Below are positions 24,936-36,871 of a stretch of 64,000 nucleotides of DNA, one piece after another. The stretch is from Nemertoderma westbladi (taxonomy: Eukaryota; Animalia; Xenacoelomorpha). The translations under genes and the position numbers were made by a program. Below the pieces are notes generated by a model, which saw only the letters and a list, made by a program, of their open reading frames with translations, was not told the origin of the DNA and did not search any database. Numbering within the stretch: the stretch's first letter is position 1; every line of letters starts with the position of its first letter. The stretch spans positions 64,484 through 128,483 of the forward strand of contig JAUCBJ010008562.1 in assembly GCA_032718475.1 (NCBI GenBank), written 5' to 3'.

Positions 24936-27515
24936 GATTTAATTTACAGTTGAATGCCTACTACTATAATGACAGTTAAAGCAAATCTAGTAATTCAGTA
25001 TCAACTGTAAGCCTAGTAATTAATTACCGGTACCATTACTCAGTGTAACGTGCTATATATAATTAATATTAAAATACCGGTATACACTTATAGTATATAT
25101 ATAAGTATTATTATAGACTAGGATTAGTTACAGAATACTGGTATATAATTTCAGCCTAAATTTATAGAAATAAATATAATAAGCCTACCGTAAATACCGG
25201 TATTGTCAATTATTTTATAATAACTGAATTTCTGAATTTTAGGGTTACTTCCCTTTTACTTTTTACTGTTATTAAGCAGTAGTTCAACTGATATTAAGAC
25301 CTAATTGATGTATAACAGGCCTACTATTTTATAAATCGGTTTGAGTTGATTTATAATATATTATGTACCCGTACAAGGGTTTTTGACAATATTTGAAATA
25401 AATGTTATTATTTCTGGGTAAGGAGTCACTACACAGAAGCTGAACGCTCTCAGTGGAGTGCTACCTGTTAGACACTATAACGAATAATTATACTTTACTA
25501 AATTACTTATCACTACGAATTACTTACAATTACAGTTTGAGATTACAATCTCTAAATAAACACTAAAAGTTACACTTACAATTTGTTAGGGTAATTTTAC
25601 AAGAAATCTACAAACCAGCCTAACAAAGAGTTAGAATTTCTGGTTCTTACAAACTGACAGGAACTACGGTATTTGAAAACAATTAAGCAGTAGTAAGTAA
25701 ATTGCGTTGTCCAGATAAGAAAATACCACCATCTGATGACTTATAGTCTTAGCTCTATAAGTACTACGTTATGTACCCGGAGTGTCCTTACCTAGAAGTT
25801 AATTACCGCAGCCAACCAGAGCTAACGTGCCTATGAACCACTTTACAACACAAATATACTGCCTACACACAAAATTACTTTCGGAAAGCACTGTACTCTA
25901 AACCCTAAATTAGGTACAAGTACTTATACAACAAATAACCAGCAGATAAATATACTTGAACAGCCAAAAGAACCACGGTATCTGCTGGAGTGACCGGAGC
26001 ACAAAATCACCAGTCTTTACCTATGCCAAGCAGCCCTGATGTAGTACCAGGGTTAATTTAACTATAACGGTATGTATAACAAGCACAATTACTGTAGGAA
26101 TAAAATTGGGGAATTGGAGGTTGCGAATACTCGCATAGACTCTGAATAATAAATACTACGCTACCCGTGCAGACTACACAAACAAAATACAGACCAAATG
26201 CTGGCAGACTACTGTCAAGCCTAAATAAACTACAGTATATGCAGACTCCGAAATGGTTAGTTAGTAGGCGTTCTAACCGAGTAGTACGACTTATTCTTTC
26301 GGGGGGGATTTACCTTACAGCACTGGATGCCCCACCTTCCTAACTAGCACTTTATAGGACAGACACTCTACACACACTGCAATCGCTTCAGACCTAACAA
26401 CAGTTAGAAAACAATCCGGCCTACAAATTATTTGTACAATCTGAGCAGGCTTACACGCCTTCTGCTCAATATTACACTTACAGATAAATAAAACTGACAG
26501 AAATAAGTAAACCATACAAAGGAATAAGGGGTGATCAATCCCGAATCCCCTAACAGCCTACAATATACAATATATCACAATCGAACTAATACTGGGTACC
26601 GGTAAGTACCGGTTCGGGTGGTTAGGTTGTTAGGCCTACAGTTTACCGTCCGACCAGTACATTCGAATTTATTGCCTACGTGCAATCAAGAATCAAAACT
26701 ATTAATGTTCGCGTTTTTAGACCTTTAGCAGTTTAACCTGCCAATTTTAGTTGTCTTTTTGTTTATAAATCGACTTTAGCCTAGATCAATTATTTAAGGT
26801 ACTGAAGTTACATCCGCCGAAGCCAGTCTGTGCGCGACCATTCACCCACAGTTAAGGGAGAATGGATTCGGATGCTTTGATAGTGATTGCAGTGTAGACC
26901 TACTGTATTATTCGATTGATCGTTACTATATAATCTCTGACAATATATTTACTTTCGGGGAAATATTAACAGTTCCTTTAGGACGTGGCGCTTTAAGTAT
27001 AAAAACAGAGTTATTGTAAAGGTTTGGACGTTGTCTTTGTTATGATGAAAATAATATAGTTTTGGTTCTGGTTTTTAATGTCTAACTTTCAACTAATAAT
27101 TACGGTCTCCAAATATAACTTTACCGGTAATTAAATCTATTCTATTTCTCTTTCTCTCTCTCTCTCTCTCCCTCTAATGAAAGTTACATGCAGTATTTAA
27201 GCAAGCTAGTGTTAGTGGTTTCTTGCAGCAGACATGTGAGATGTTAATCTGATAAATATCTGTTTAATTGACATCTACTGTATAAGGGCTATTATTGGGA
27301 CTACATCTGTTTCGCACATGAAATCAACATGCTGTATCTTAAGTAAATAAATAAGGTGTTTTGCTTTGTAGAAAGATAGGTAAAATGTCTCGACTAACAA
27401 TTTTATGAAAATACTAAATTTGATTTTGTGATTAAATTATTTCTAAGCTTCCTTGACTATTCGGCATGCACTACACATCTCCCCCCATTAAGTTATGGAA
27501 TAAGAATAACTAAAA

Positions 27516-29720
27516 CTAAGAGTCAAAGAAATGTACTCGCTTTCCGCTTCTAGTAGTAATGATGTTTCGCGGTTGAGATTGTGATTTATTTTCTTTGTTA
27601 GTTTTACTATGTAATATCTTATGAGGTTTTAGTTTCTTGGTTGGAGGGGGTTTCTTATTAACGTTACCGGTATAACAAGGCTTTAAGCGGTCGATTGATA
27701 TTCGTTGTTCTCCTCTAAGAGTTTCGATACAGAAATGTTTATCCGTTCTGCAGAGAACTGTAAATGGTCCTTGGTAAGGCACTTCTAATGGTTTGCGGAC
27801 CCGATCGATTCTAACGAAAACTTTGTCACAAGTCTTTAATTGTGGTGGTAAGTATGTTTTCAACTTTGGGTTGCTCTCTTGGTAATCAGGAGCTTTACTG
27901 TCTACAGCAAATCCTATTTCCGTTATATGCTTGTGAAGTGTCTTTACAAAGTCATAATTAAAAGTTGTATCTTTAGTAGTTAGTAAACAAGCTGGCAACA
28001 ACGGCTGTGTTCCCGTTACCAATTCAAATGGAGATACATTAGTAACGCTAGATGGCGTTATTCTGTGACTGAAAATAACTATTGGTAAGGACTCTAACCA
28101 ATCTGATTTCCGTGCTTTGAGTGCAGCCTTTAAAACTTTATGGAATCGTTCTATTTTTCCGTTACTCTGGGGGTGGTAAGATGTGGCACGCATACGGTGG
28201 AAACCAATCAGCTTAGAGAGTTCAGCTAGTAATTCAGATTCAAATTGACCACCGCGATCTGTTGTGAGGTAAAGGGGCACTCCAAATCGAGAGACCTTTC
28301 TTTGTGTTCCGATGTCCATTCACCTTCATTGAAATTTCGTTGTGGTTGTTTACGTTTCAGTGGTTGAGTTTTGTTTAAGAGAGATTGCAGGGGTGCTACA
28401 ATCTGACTGAAATAAGGTATGTGTCGTCGATAGAATCCAAACATTCCCAGAACCCGTCGCAACTCAGTATAGCTACGTGGTTCTGGCATATCGACAAGGG
28501 ATTTAACTCGTTTAGGTGGAGGTAAAATACCGTCGGCCGTCACTAAGAATCCAAGAAATAAGATTGATGGTTGTACCCATTGGCACTTGGCAAAGTTTAT
28601 TTGCAGGTTGTGCTGAGTTAAACGTTCAAATACCTTTCTTAGGTGAATGTAATGAGTTGATATATCCTTAGAGTGAATCATAATATCATCGAGAAAAGGA
28701 AATACAAATTCCAAATCTCCGAGTACTTCATGTATATCCCTTTGAAAAGTTTGTGCAGCGTTTTTAAGACCATAGGGCATCCGTAAAAATTCAAAGAGAC
28801 CAAAAGGGGTTGTAATAGCTGTCTTTGGAATATCTTCCTCTGCCACAGGAATTTGATGATATGCTTTAACGAGATCAATGGAGCTGAAAACTGTCGAACC
28901 TTTCAGTTTGCTATTAAAATGCTGTATGTGCGGCAGCGGATATTTATCACTTTGTGTAATGCGGTTCAAAGCTCTATAGTCTCCACATGGACGCCAATTA
29001 TCAGTACTCCCCACCTTTGGTACCATATGTAATGGTGACGCCCAGGGACTACTTGAAGGGCGTATTATACCACGAGAACGCATATCCGCGAAAACTTGTT
29101 GAGCAATTAGTAGTTTGGTCCCACTAAGTTGACGTGGCTTTGCGTATGTGGGTTGGCATTGGTTGGTGATAATTCGATGCACAGTATTGTGTGGAGGTGT
29201 GTCGGTATGAATAATATCATAATCAAATAACTTAGAATGTTCTTTGAAAAGACTGGATAATGTTGAATCAGGGTGGTCGATTTCCACTTTGAATGTAGAT
29301 AGACTTTTCGATGTTGTTGGATTAAGATTGCATTTCAGTTTTGTATAATTATCCACGATTAGTTTATTTTTGCAGTCCAATAGCATGTCATAATTTGATA
29401 AGAAATCCAATCCCAAAATGTTTTCTTCAACGTCGGCAACATAAAATATCCACGGAAATTCTCGTCGGAGGAAATTAATTCGGACATGAACTTTTCCGTG
29501 GACATTTATGTTATTGCCTGAAATTGCTGTGAGTTTTGCATCCGTATTGTCCCATAGTAAGCTTCTAATAAACGAGGAAGGTTTTAGTATGGATACTTGT
29601 GAGCTGGTGTCTATAAGAAAAGATAAGGATTGGTGGCTGTTGTTTATATGGTTTATTGCTGCGGTTAATTTGAAAACGGCAGCTCCCTCAGAACTAGCAG
29701 CAAATGTTCTGAGGGCAGTT
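27516..29720 (-). pseudogene. pol: Gypsy pol: PR (DTS variant), RT (FLDD), RNase H and IN N-terminus deleted, IN core and C-terminus
   Basis: [10 protein letters not shown]; [26 protein letters not shown]. The RT thumb joins directly to [18 protein letters not shown]...YHPQSNGKIERFH at ~28300. Confidence 0.88.
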
Positions 29721-30576
29721 AGTTTTCCTGCCCCTGGGTATCAGGGGAAGGAGATGTCGAGCGCGATGCAGGGCGTGAGTTTGGTCGGGAAGATGGTTGC
29801 ATTCGACGCGGTTTTTCTCCCGGCCAAAGACACCATGGCGTGCATGTATTCGCTTTTGTTCCATAATATACATGGTATCGGCAGATTTTTGGACGTTGCC
29901 CTTCGCTGAACGGGAATATAGCTCCGACTTTTGAGGTAGAAGTGACAGGGTAGGGTGCTCTTGCTCTGTAAGTGTTGCTAACACCTCTGAAAACATCACC
30001 ACTGGTATTAACATAGTTTGGGTGTTGAACTCTGGCGACATCATATGAAGTACTTGGTTGAGGGATTCCACTTGTAAATTGGAGGATGGTGTCCGCCAGT
30101 GTTGCGAAATCTTCGGGTGGTAGACCCTGATGAGCAATCAAAGCAGAACGCACCGATACTGGAAGTGCTTGTAAGAGTTTGTGCCGAACTAGGTCGTCAT
30201 CCGCCGTTAAGTTACATTCTCGTAATTTTCTTTTTATACGCAGATACACTAAGGAGGGCTTTTGGCCGTCTAAAGTTACCTGTCCAAGGGCTTCCTCCAA
30301 TAATTCAGTTTTCGATTTCTGATAGAGTTGGAGAATGGTAGATTTAATATCGTCATATGATTGAATGTCCGTGGAAATGTTTAAAGCGACGTCTTCTGGC
30401 AAATTCGCCATAACGTGGTGAAATTTGGTTACCTCGCTTGTAATGTTGGCTAATGTAAAGTGGGATTCCAACATTCTGAACCAAACGCTGGGGTTAGAAC
30501 GGAAGAACACCGGGGGTTTAACGGAAACGCGAGCGACGTTTACAGCGTTACCATCATTTTCGCCGTCACCATCCAT
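29719..30576 (-). CDS. gag: Gypsy Gag
   Basis: [15 protein letters not shown]...TKFHHV, knuckle [18 protein letters not shown]; ends at slippery GGAAAAC-TAA, a likely -1 frameshift site into pol. Confidence 0.9.
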   Translation of the reverse strand: MDGDGENDGNAVNVARVSVKPPVFFRSNPSVWFRMLESHFTLANITSEVTKFHHVMANLPEDVALNISTDIQSYDDIKSTILQLYQKSKTELLEEALGQVTLDGQKPSLVYLRIKRKLRECNLTADDDLVRHKLLQALPVSVRSALIAHQGLPPEDFATLADTILQFTSGIPQPSTSYDVARVQHPNYVNTSGDVFRGVSNTYRARAPYPVTSTSKVGAIFPFSEGQRPKICRYHVYYGTKANTCTPWCLWPGEKPRRMQPSSRPNSRPASRSTSPSPDTQGQEN

Positions 30577-31520
30577 GATGTATTCGATAAGAGTTAATCA
30601 GTAACTGAGTTTCGAGAGAGTTTTTCCCATCTGGAGTTGAAGGTAGTAGTAATAAGGTCCAAGATCCGGGTCACCAATGTAAAGGTTTGGACGTTGTCTT
30701 TGTTATGATGAAAATAATATAGTTTTGGTTCTGGTTTTTAATATCTAACTTTCAACTAATAATTACGGTCTCCAAATATAACTTTACCGGTAATTAAATC
30801 TATTCTATTTCTCTTTCTCTCTCTCTCCCTCTAATGAAAGTTACATGCAGTATTTAAGCAAGCTAGTGTTAGTGGTTTCTTGCAGCAGACATGTGAGATG
30901 TTAATCTGATAAATATCTGTTTAATTGACATCTACTGTATAAGGGCTATTATTGGGACTACATCTGTTTCGCACATGAAATCAACATGCTGTATCTTAAG
31001 TAAATAAATAAGGTGTTTTGCTTTGTAGAAAGATAGGTAAAATGTCTCGACTAACAATTTTATGAAAATACTAAATTTGATTTTGTGATTAAATTATTTC
31101 TAAGCTTCCTTGACTATTCGGCATGCACTACATTATGACTTATACGAATCACAACTAGATGGCTACTGAGTTTCGTAAAAAGCGCATTCTTTAGGAGATG
31201 CTTTATTAACCTTCACACTACTTCACACGGCTTCACACTACTCCACACTGATCTGCCGACCGTCACTGAATTTGATCATATATAAGGAGGATCGCAACTG
31301 ACACATGTAGGGATTATTAAATAGCATTTAATTCACACAAAAAACCACTATAATGTAAGTCGCAGTTGCTACCGGTAAACCTGTTCCTCTAACCTTCAGT
31401 AATCAAGAAGATTGTGGGGTTTTATGATTATTCATCGGTATTATCCAAATATATCAGCAATATATATCCATATAACAACAATTAATAACAGAAGTAAAAT
31501 AATGCGGTGAACAATCAGTA

Positions 31521-31950
31521 TGTGTTACATACTAGTTATAAATGCAGAGTTCAATGAGTCAGTATGTCGGTAGGTGCCGAGATAATAGATTTACGTTCTT
31601 GTAATCAAAGCCATCAGATGTTTAGGCCAAAGTCTGAAACTTCCAAAACAGGAGCACAGAAGAATTCTAAGCCGATTCTCTGGCTCAGAAAGGTAAACAA
31701 AGACCGTAATGCATTGCCCGGTTTTCCGTAGGCCTCTGTCAAAAATAAAGTGAAAATCGCTCTGATTGGCTGATCAGAACAAAGAGGTTCCACGTCTACA
31801 GGAAACCAGCTGACAGATTTCGTCATCTGAGCTCCAATCTTTTAGAGTATTATGCGCATTGCGGCAAAAATGACTTGTTATGTCCGCTAAAGCACCTACA
31901 CCGTGCATTGCGGGGAAAAATGACTTGTTATGTCCGCAAAAGCTTTTACA
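31521..31950 (-). mobile_element. Solo LTR of family B with 4-bp TSD AGTA
   Basis: TG...CA termini; AGTA at 31517-31520 and 31951-31954; homologous to 9733-10160. Confidence 0.85.
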
Positions 31951-32328
31951 AGTAACTACTGTAATAGTTATTTGATCATTTATGGCGATATTTAATTTGG
32001 GTTGTATTAATTTTGGTTATTATTATTAATTTGTATTAAATACACAATTTTTGAAAATTTTTCGCTTGTTTCTAAGCTGGTAACGTCACACAAATCCGCT
32101 TCCACGATTGAGTATTGTCGTTAGTAATTAGTCACTTATTTTGAATTATTTAAGTTTTAAGTAAAATAATTTACTGTTAAATTAAATTGTTGCACATGTC
32201 GCGATCATATACAACGTACAATTAACATAAGTAGGTTTTGTTGCTACAGAGCACTTGTAGTCTAATGCTAATACCTACGCTATATTAAATGGCTAATATA
32301 CTCAATCGTAACCTTCTACAAGACGTTT

Positions 32329-34650
32329 TTATGTGAGACTGCTTGGTCTAACCCTCTGTTGCCCGTAGTTACCAGAACGTTCCCTTGCCAGTTCTAATAA
32401 ACAAAGGCGTCCGATTGGTCGGTTGAAATAGTGTACTTTCGGTTTAGGTGTAGCTCTCCAAATAGCTAGTTCAACTGAGCGTACCAAACCATCTTTTCCA
32501 TGATGAATTTCAGTTATCCGGCCTGTTTCCCAGTTCTTTCTAGGTTGGTCTTGATCCACTAAGAGTACAATATCACCGACTGATACATTTTCCTTCTTAG
32601 AAAACCATTTAGTTCTGAGCTGGACCGACGGTAAGTAGTGTCTTTCAAAATGTGTAGCAAATCGACGTGATAGTAATTGCATCATTACATACAGCTCATC
32701 ACCATCCTGTGGGTTGGATTTCGATAACATAGTTACTGGTTTTCTTAGCATAAAATGGGACGGAGTTAGTGGCTCCATGGCTTGTGGATTAGATGAAACA
32801 GGTAAGAGGGGCCTATCATTTAGATAACTCGCTATCTCCTCTAGAAGAGTTCGGAGTAGCTCGTTAGTTAGATAAGCTTTACATGGAATAATATGGTGTA
32901 ACGCGATCTTTGTGCTTTTAATGAGTCGTTCCCAACCTCCGCCCCACCAAGGCGCGTCGGCTGCGTTGAACGTCCATGTTGATGCCGATACCCTTAGGTG
33001 TTCTTCAAGTTGTGGTCGTTCCAATCAGCGATGAATTTAGTTATCTCCTTATTGGCGCCCATGAAATTCATTCCCTGGTCGGATCTCATAGTGCGGCTGG
33101 TACCAAATCTACCAATTTGTCTTCTCAGGCAAAGGATACAACTTTTCATTGACATATCGTTAACCATATCTAAGTAAATGGCTCGAAAAGTCATGCAAAC
33201 GAAGATGACACACCATCTTTTCACCATTGTACGGGCGCGATTGACTTCGAAGGGTCCGAAGAGATCTACGCCGGTGTGGGTGAACGGGGGTGGGTAACAT
33301 TCGACTCGTTCCCTTGGGAGCGCCCCTTCTAGTTGAGTCATCGGCTTGCTATAATCCTTTTGCAAGGTATACAGTTTCGTAGTATTTGGTTGAGAGCTGC
33401 GCGGGGGTGTACCAGGTAATATCGCGTTCTGATCTCATTCAATATATGTTCCCTCCCGGCGGGATAGAATCGGTAATGAACGTCCTGTATCAATTTAATC
33501 TGAATTTCCTGGTCGAATATTAATATGGGAAACATAGTATCTCTAGAGATCGGAGCGTTAGTGAGGCGACCTCCAACTCGAATTAAACCATTTATCATTA
33601 TACTGGAAAATTTGTCCGCCAATGGAGTTAGGGAGTCACGCTGATATTTCTCAGGCTTCTCCAGTCTTTGTGAAACTCTCAATAACTGCAAATTTGATTT
33701 ATCTACTTCATTAGCAGTTAAGCCTATCACAGGTACGGTTTTAGTACTGTATCAATAGTGAAAGAGTTGTTTCAGTATGGTTATAGCCCTACTCATTTTG
33801 TCCCACGAGCTAATGGTTCATCGCTCGAGCTATTAGCGGGGATAAGCCCATATCCACATTAGGTAACATTAGTTGGTCAGTGGATTTTTCAGGGTCATTA
33901 ACGGTAGTGTTGGGCTGGAAATCAATATTCGGGGGAAGGTTTGGGATTTGACTATCAGTTTTACTTACGTAATTGTTGGTTGTTATGTCGACAGGCTTTA
34001 AAAGTTTTGACTTAGAGGGCCTGGTTTTTGGCTTAACGATTTCTAGACCCTTGACTTGTCTCATTTCCTCGGGAGTAATATGATGAGGCCATTGGTCTTC
34101 CGGTTTGGAAAGGAAATCGGGTCCCTTCAACCAACATGTTGAATTTAAAAGGTCAGTAGGGACGCACCATGGGAGGGTATGTCAGCCGGGTTTTGAGGTC
34201 CGGGAATGTACCTCCATTGTTCTAACTTGGTGTGGTTGACTATTATTTATACTCGGTTTGTAATGTTACACTAAAACCGCAGACGGTGTTAGTCAAGGAT
34301 TCCAGCACTATGGCTGCGTATGTCCATAAAAAAAAATTGCAAAGTCGGTCTCGTCCAGAATATTTTTGGCAACAGTAGTTGCAAACAGTGCGGCCTTTAG
34401 TTCAGCTCTCGGCACTGTTAAATCTTTGCTTTTTATCAAAGATTTGGACGCGACTAGGGACACCCGAGTATCTTGGGGCGTAGTGGCCCTATAATAGGCT
34501 ATGATACCAATGCCCTTGTCACTGGCGTCACCAAATACATGCAATTGATAAGTGTGCGATGGCAGAGCATTAGGGAAATAAGCTCTGGTCACCCGAAAGT
34601 TTTCAATATCGGGTAAGGCATTTTCCCACTTGAGCCAGTTATTTAACAGA
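32329..34650 (-). pseudogene. pol: Element D: 5'-truncated BEL/Pao pol fragment (RNase H-integrase), sister family of C
   Basis: LHVFGDASDKGIG, GVDLFGPF, SDQGMNF, WWGGGWERL. Shares family-specific motifs KPKTRxSKSKL and SGNYG with element C. Confidence 0.88.
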
Positions 34651-35104
34651 AAGCAGAAATATCTTGACCATATAACCAAGTCAAATATCTTTCGACTCGA
34701 CCCAAAATGACGACGAATTATCCCTTCTGAAATATATCAGATTGTGGGATTACTCCGCGAATTTACAGCGGATTGTGAGATCACGTTAGCCCATGTAAAG
34801 TTATTGCTTCTGTTCCCACATCAATCGTGGTTAGCGAACCTCAACCGGGAACATCTACTGGTGGACCAACCGTACGAACTGTTGTACCCCCTTCTGACTC
34901 ATTGGAACTTCATGCTTCCGCCACTGAGGGGCTGGCTACAAGTGCAAGGTTCTCTGCCTCCGGTACCTGGTAAGCCATTGTAGCCGAAACGTCGCAATCG
35001 ACCCCCAAAAAGAAAAAGAACCCGGAAATAAATGTTATTTTATTGGGTTACTTTTTATTATACATGACTTATATTTCTACTTTATATTAGGCGTAAAATA
35101 AGTA

Positions 35105-35360
35105 CGTGGTATCCCCAATAATTCATTTAGCTTATTTGTTCACGAGCTGAGACATTTTATATGTATTGGATATACTCTTTAGCACTATAGTTTGCTTATT
35201 TGGAAGTAATTGGTACCCAATAATCCATTTAATTTGATTTGTTCACGAGCTGAAACCATTTGTATTTGTATTAGATACTCTTGGCACTATAGTTTGCTTA
35301 TTTAGAGGTGATAGATATTCACTAATCTACTCGATTCAATTTGTTCACGAGTTGAGATTT
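35105..35360. repeat. ~103-bp diverged tandem repeat (about 2.5 copies)
   Basis: ATTTGTTCACGAG three times and GCACTATAGTTTGCTTATTT twice at ~100-bp period. Confidence 0.75.
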
Positions 35361-35886
35361 TTTATATAATTAACTACGTACGCTTTGTATAATTCCAGTT
35401 TGGTATTGATAACTGAACTATTTACTTATTAGATTACTTTTATGTACGAATTTGAACTTCGGTCTTGACTTTAACACTCTGGTAGCTAAATGAATGGAAG
35501 CGGTGTTGCTGCAGTTATAAATCCTGCCTTTAAAATTACTTATTTTACCAGTTTACCTAAAAAACTGTATTTTTATTGCTAAAAGATCAGTTATGGTGTT
35601 ATATTAATTATTTCTTGTGGATTATTCTTTAGTAAAGGTTCTTACGTCATCTAGTGCTATTATACCTATATTTGAACTGATTCATTCGTGTGTTTGGGAA
35701 CATCAATGGAGTGAGTGCTCTCTCATTGGCCCAAAATTATTCTATTGGCCTTCACTTAGTATATAATATTCGTTGTTAGTTTATCCAACCACTTGTAATC
35801 AGAGCACTGCTGAGAGATTACTTTCTCATGCAGGCCTCACAACTGCTGGTCAGAATACTGACAGCGGTGTTTATTATATGTCTTCA

Positions 35887-36054
35887 TGTGGGGCGAGCCA
35901 CGAAGTGAATGAGCCTTAGCGTAGGGGTACCATTAATCAACCTGTGGGGCGAGCCACGAAATGAGTGAGCCTTAGCGTAGGGGTACCATTAATCAACCTG
36001 TGGGGCGAGCCACGAAGTGAGTGAGCCTTAGCGCAGGGGTACCATTAATCAACC
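35887..36054 (+). repeat. 56-bp tandem repeat x3 at the head of the HINE-like element
   Basis: TGTGGGGCGAGCCACGAA...GGGGTACCATTAATCAACC starts at 35887, 35943 and 35999. Confidence 0.95.
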
Positions 36055-36871
36055 TGTCGTTCTGTCGCGTTTTTTTTCAGTATTTTATTTTAAACGTTAA
36101 TAACTCGGCCAATCCTTGATGAAATCTATCCAAACTTGGTACACATGTTGTTTGGCAAAAGTTTGAAAATTTTCCAAGTAGAATTTGCATGGCGCCTTCG
36201 TGCAGCATCAGTGTAACTGTTATTGCAGTTATAATAAATTTATTTATCCAAATTTAAAATGCGTTAAATTATTATTACTGTAGGATAAATCAGCTGGGTT
36301 TCTGACAAATTTTGCAATACATTGGGGCTGTCTGCCAATCTGCATGTACCATGTGTACCGGTACTGTCAGGCTGTACTCAATCCCTGAATCGAGAATCCT
36401 GCAATCAGTCAATACTGCAATACTGGTCAGCCGGTACCATACACTGCAGACATGCCATATCATGTAATCTAATTAAACATGGCCCCAGCAACCCTTGCAG
36501 TGATTATAGTTTAGACCTAATTAGCCCATTACCGGCACCGGTAATAATAATATAATAGTTTAGATAGTTACCGCTAATCATTCAGTCATTGGCATGGTAC
36601 ACCGTATTGCTGTACTGCCGTTGTAGTGCGCACCGTAGGTACCACCCTACTACCGGTACCGGCTGACCGGTGGCAACTAGCACTTCAGCACTTGCACAGC
36701 AACAGCACTACCGGCGATACACAGGTTGGAATTTATGTAGAGTTTGCTCAACAGTCCAGATATAAAATAGTTATCTAAATTATATATATTACTATTGACA
36801 AGTATTGAAATATATACCGTTATTCGTGTTATCAGTATTTGCAACATCTGACATTGAAGAGGTGAGAGAAG

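Larger units (their letters stand above)
15656..26828 (-). mobile_element. Element C: full-domain but degenerate BEL/Pao retrotransposon internal region
   Basis: gag DUF1759-like (20733-21482), three Cys-His boxes (20211-20618), protease LLDSGS, RT YMDD (17973-18698), RNase H FGDAS (16853-18028), integrase DLFGP...SDKGTNF...WGGSWERL (15674-16675). PPT GGAGTGGGTG; degenerate BEL-type PBS TGGCTTCGGCGGAT at 26812-26825. Confidence 0.92.
27015..31132 (-). mobile_element. Young, internally deleted Ty3/Gypsy element (4.1 kb) with TTAT TSD
   Basis: LTRs 27015-27475 and 30678-31132 (TG...CA) differ only by a (CT)n length and one substitution seen. TSD TTAT at 27011-27014 and 31133-31136; PBS TGGTGACCCGG (Trp-like); PPT GGGGGGAGATG. 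Confidence 0.97.
26829..32090 (-). repeat. LTR-like spacer D (~0.7 kb net), interrupted by the Gypsy element and the solo LTR
   Basis: TGTG...CACA termini; PPT-like GGAAGCGGA of BEL D on one side and the PBS of BEL C on the other. Minus-strand TATA-like (CTTATATA, ~31280) and AATAAA (~31205). Confidence 0.5.

Noticed and set aside
25730-25760. Hammerhead ribozyme core (CTGATGA)
   Set aside because: No downstream GAAA or closing stems here or at the other CTGATGA sites inspected.
26838-26849. Alternative PBS TGGTCGCGCACA for BEL C
   Set aside because: No LTR-type CA end precedes it; TGGCTTCGGCGGAT at 26812-26825 fits the BEL Tyr-type PBS and a CACA end better.
9733-31950. A single 22-kb LTR element bounded by the two family-B LTRs
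   Set aside because: The right copy has its own AGTA TSD and no PBS, so it is a solo LTR; the outer flanks do not form a shared TSD.
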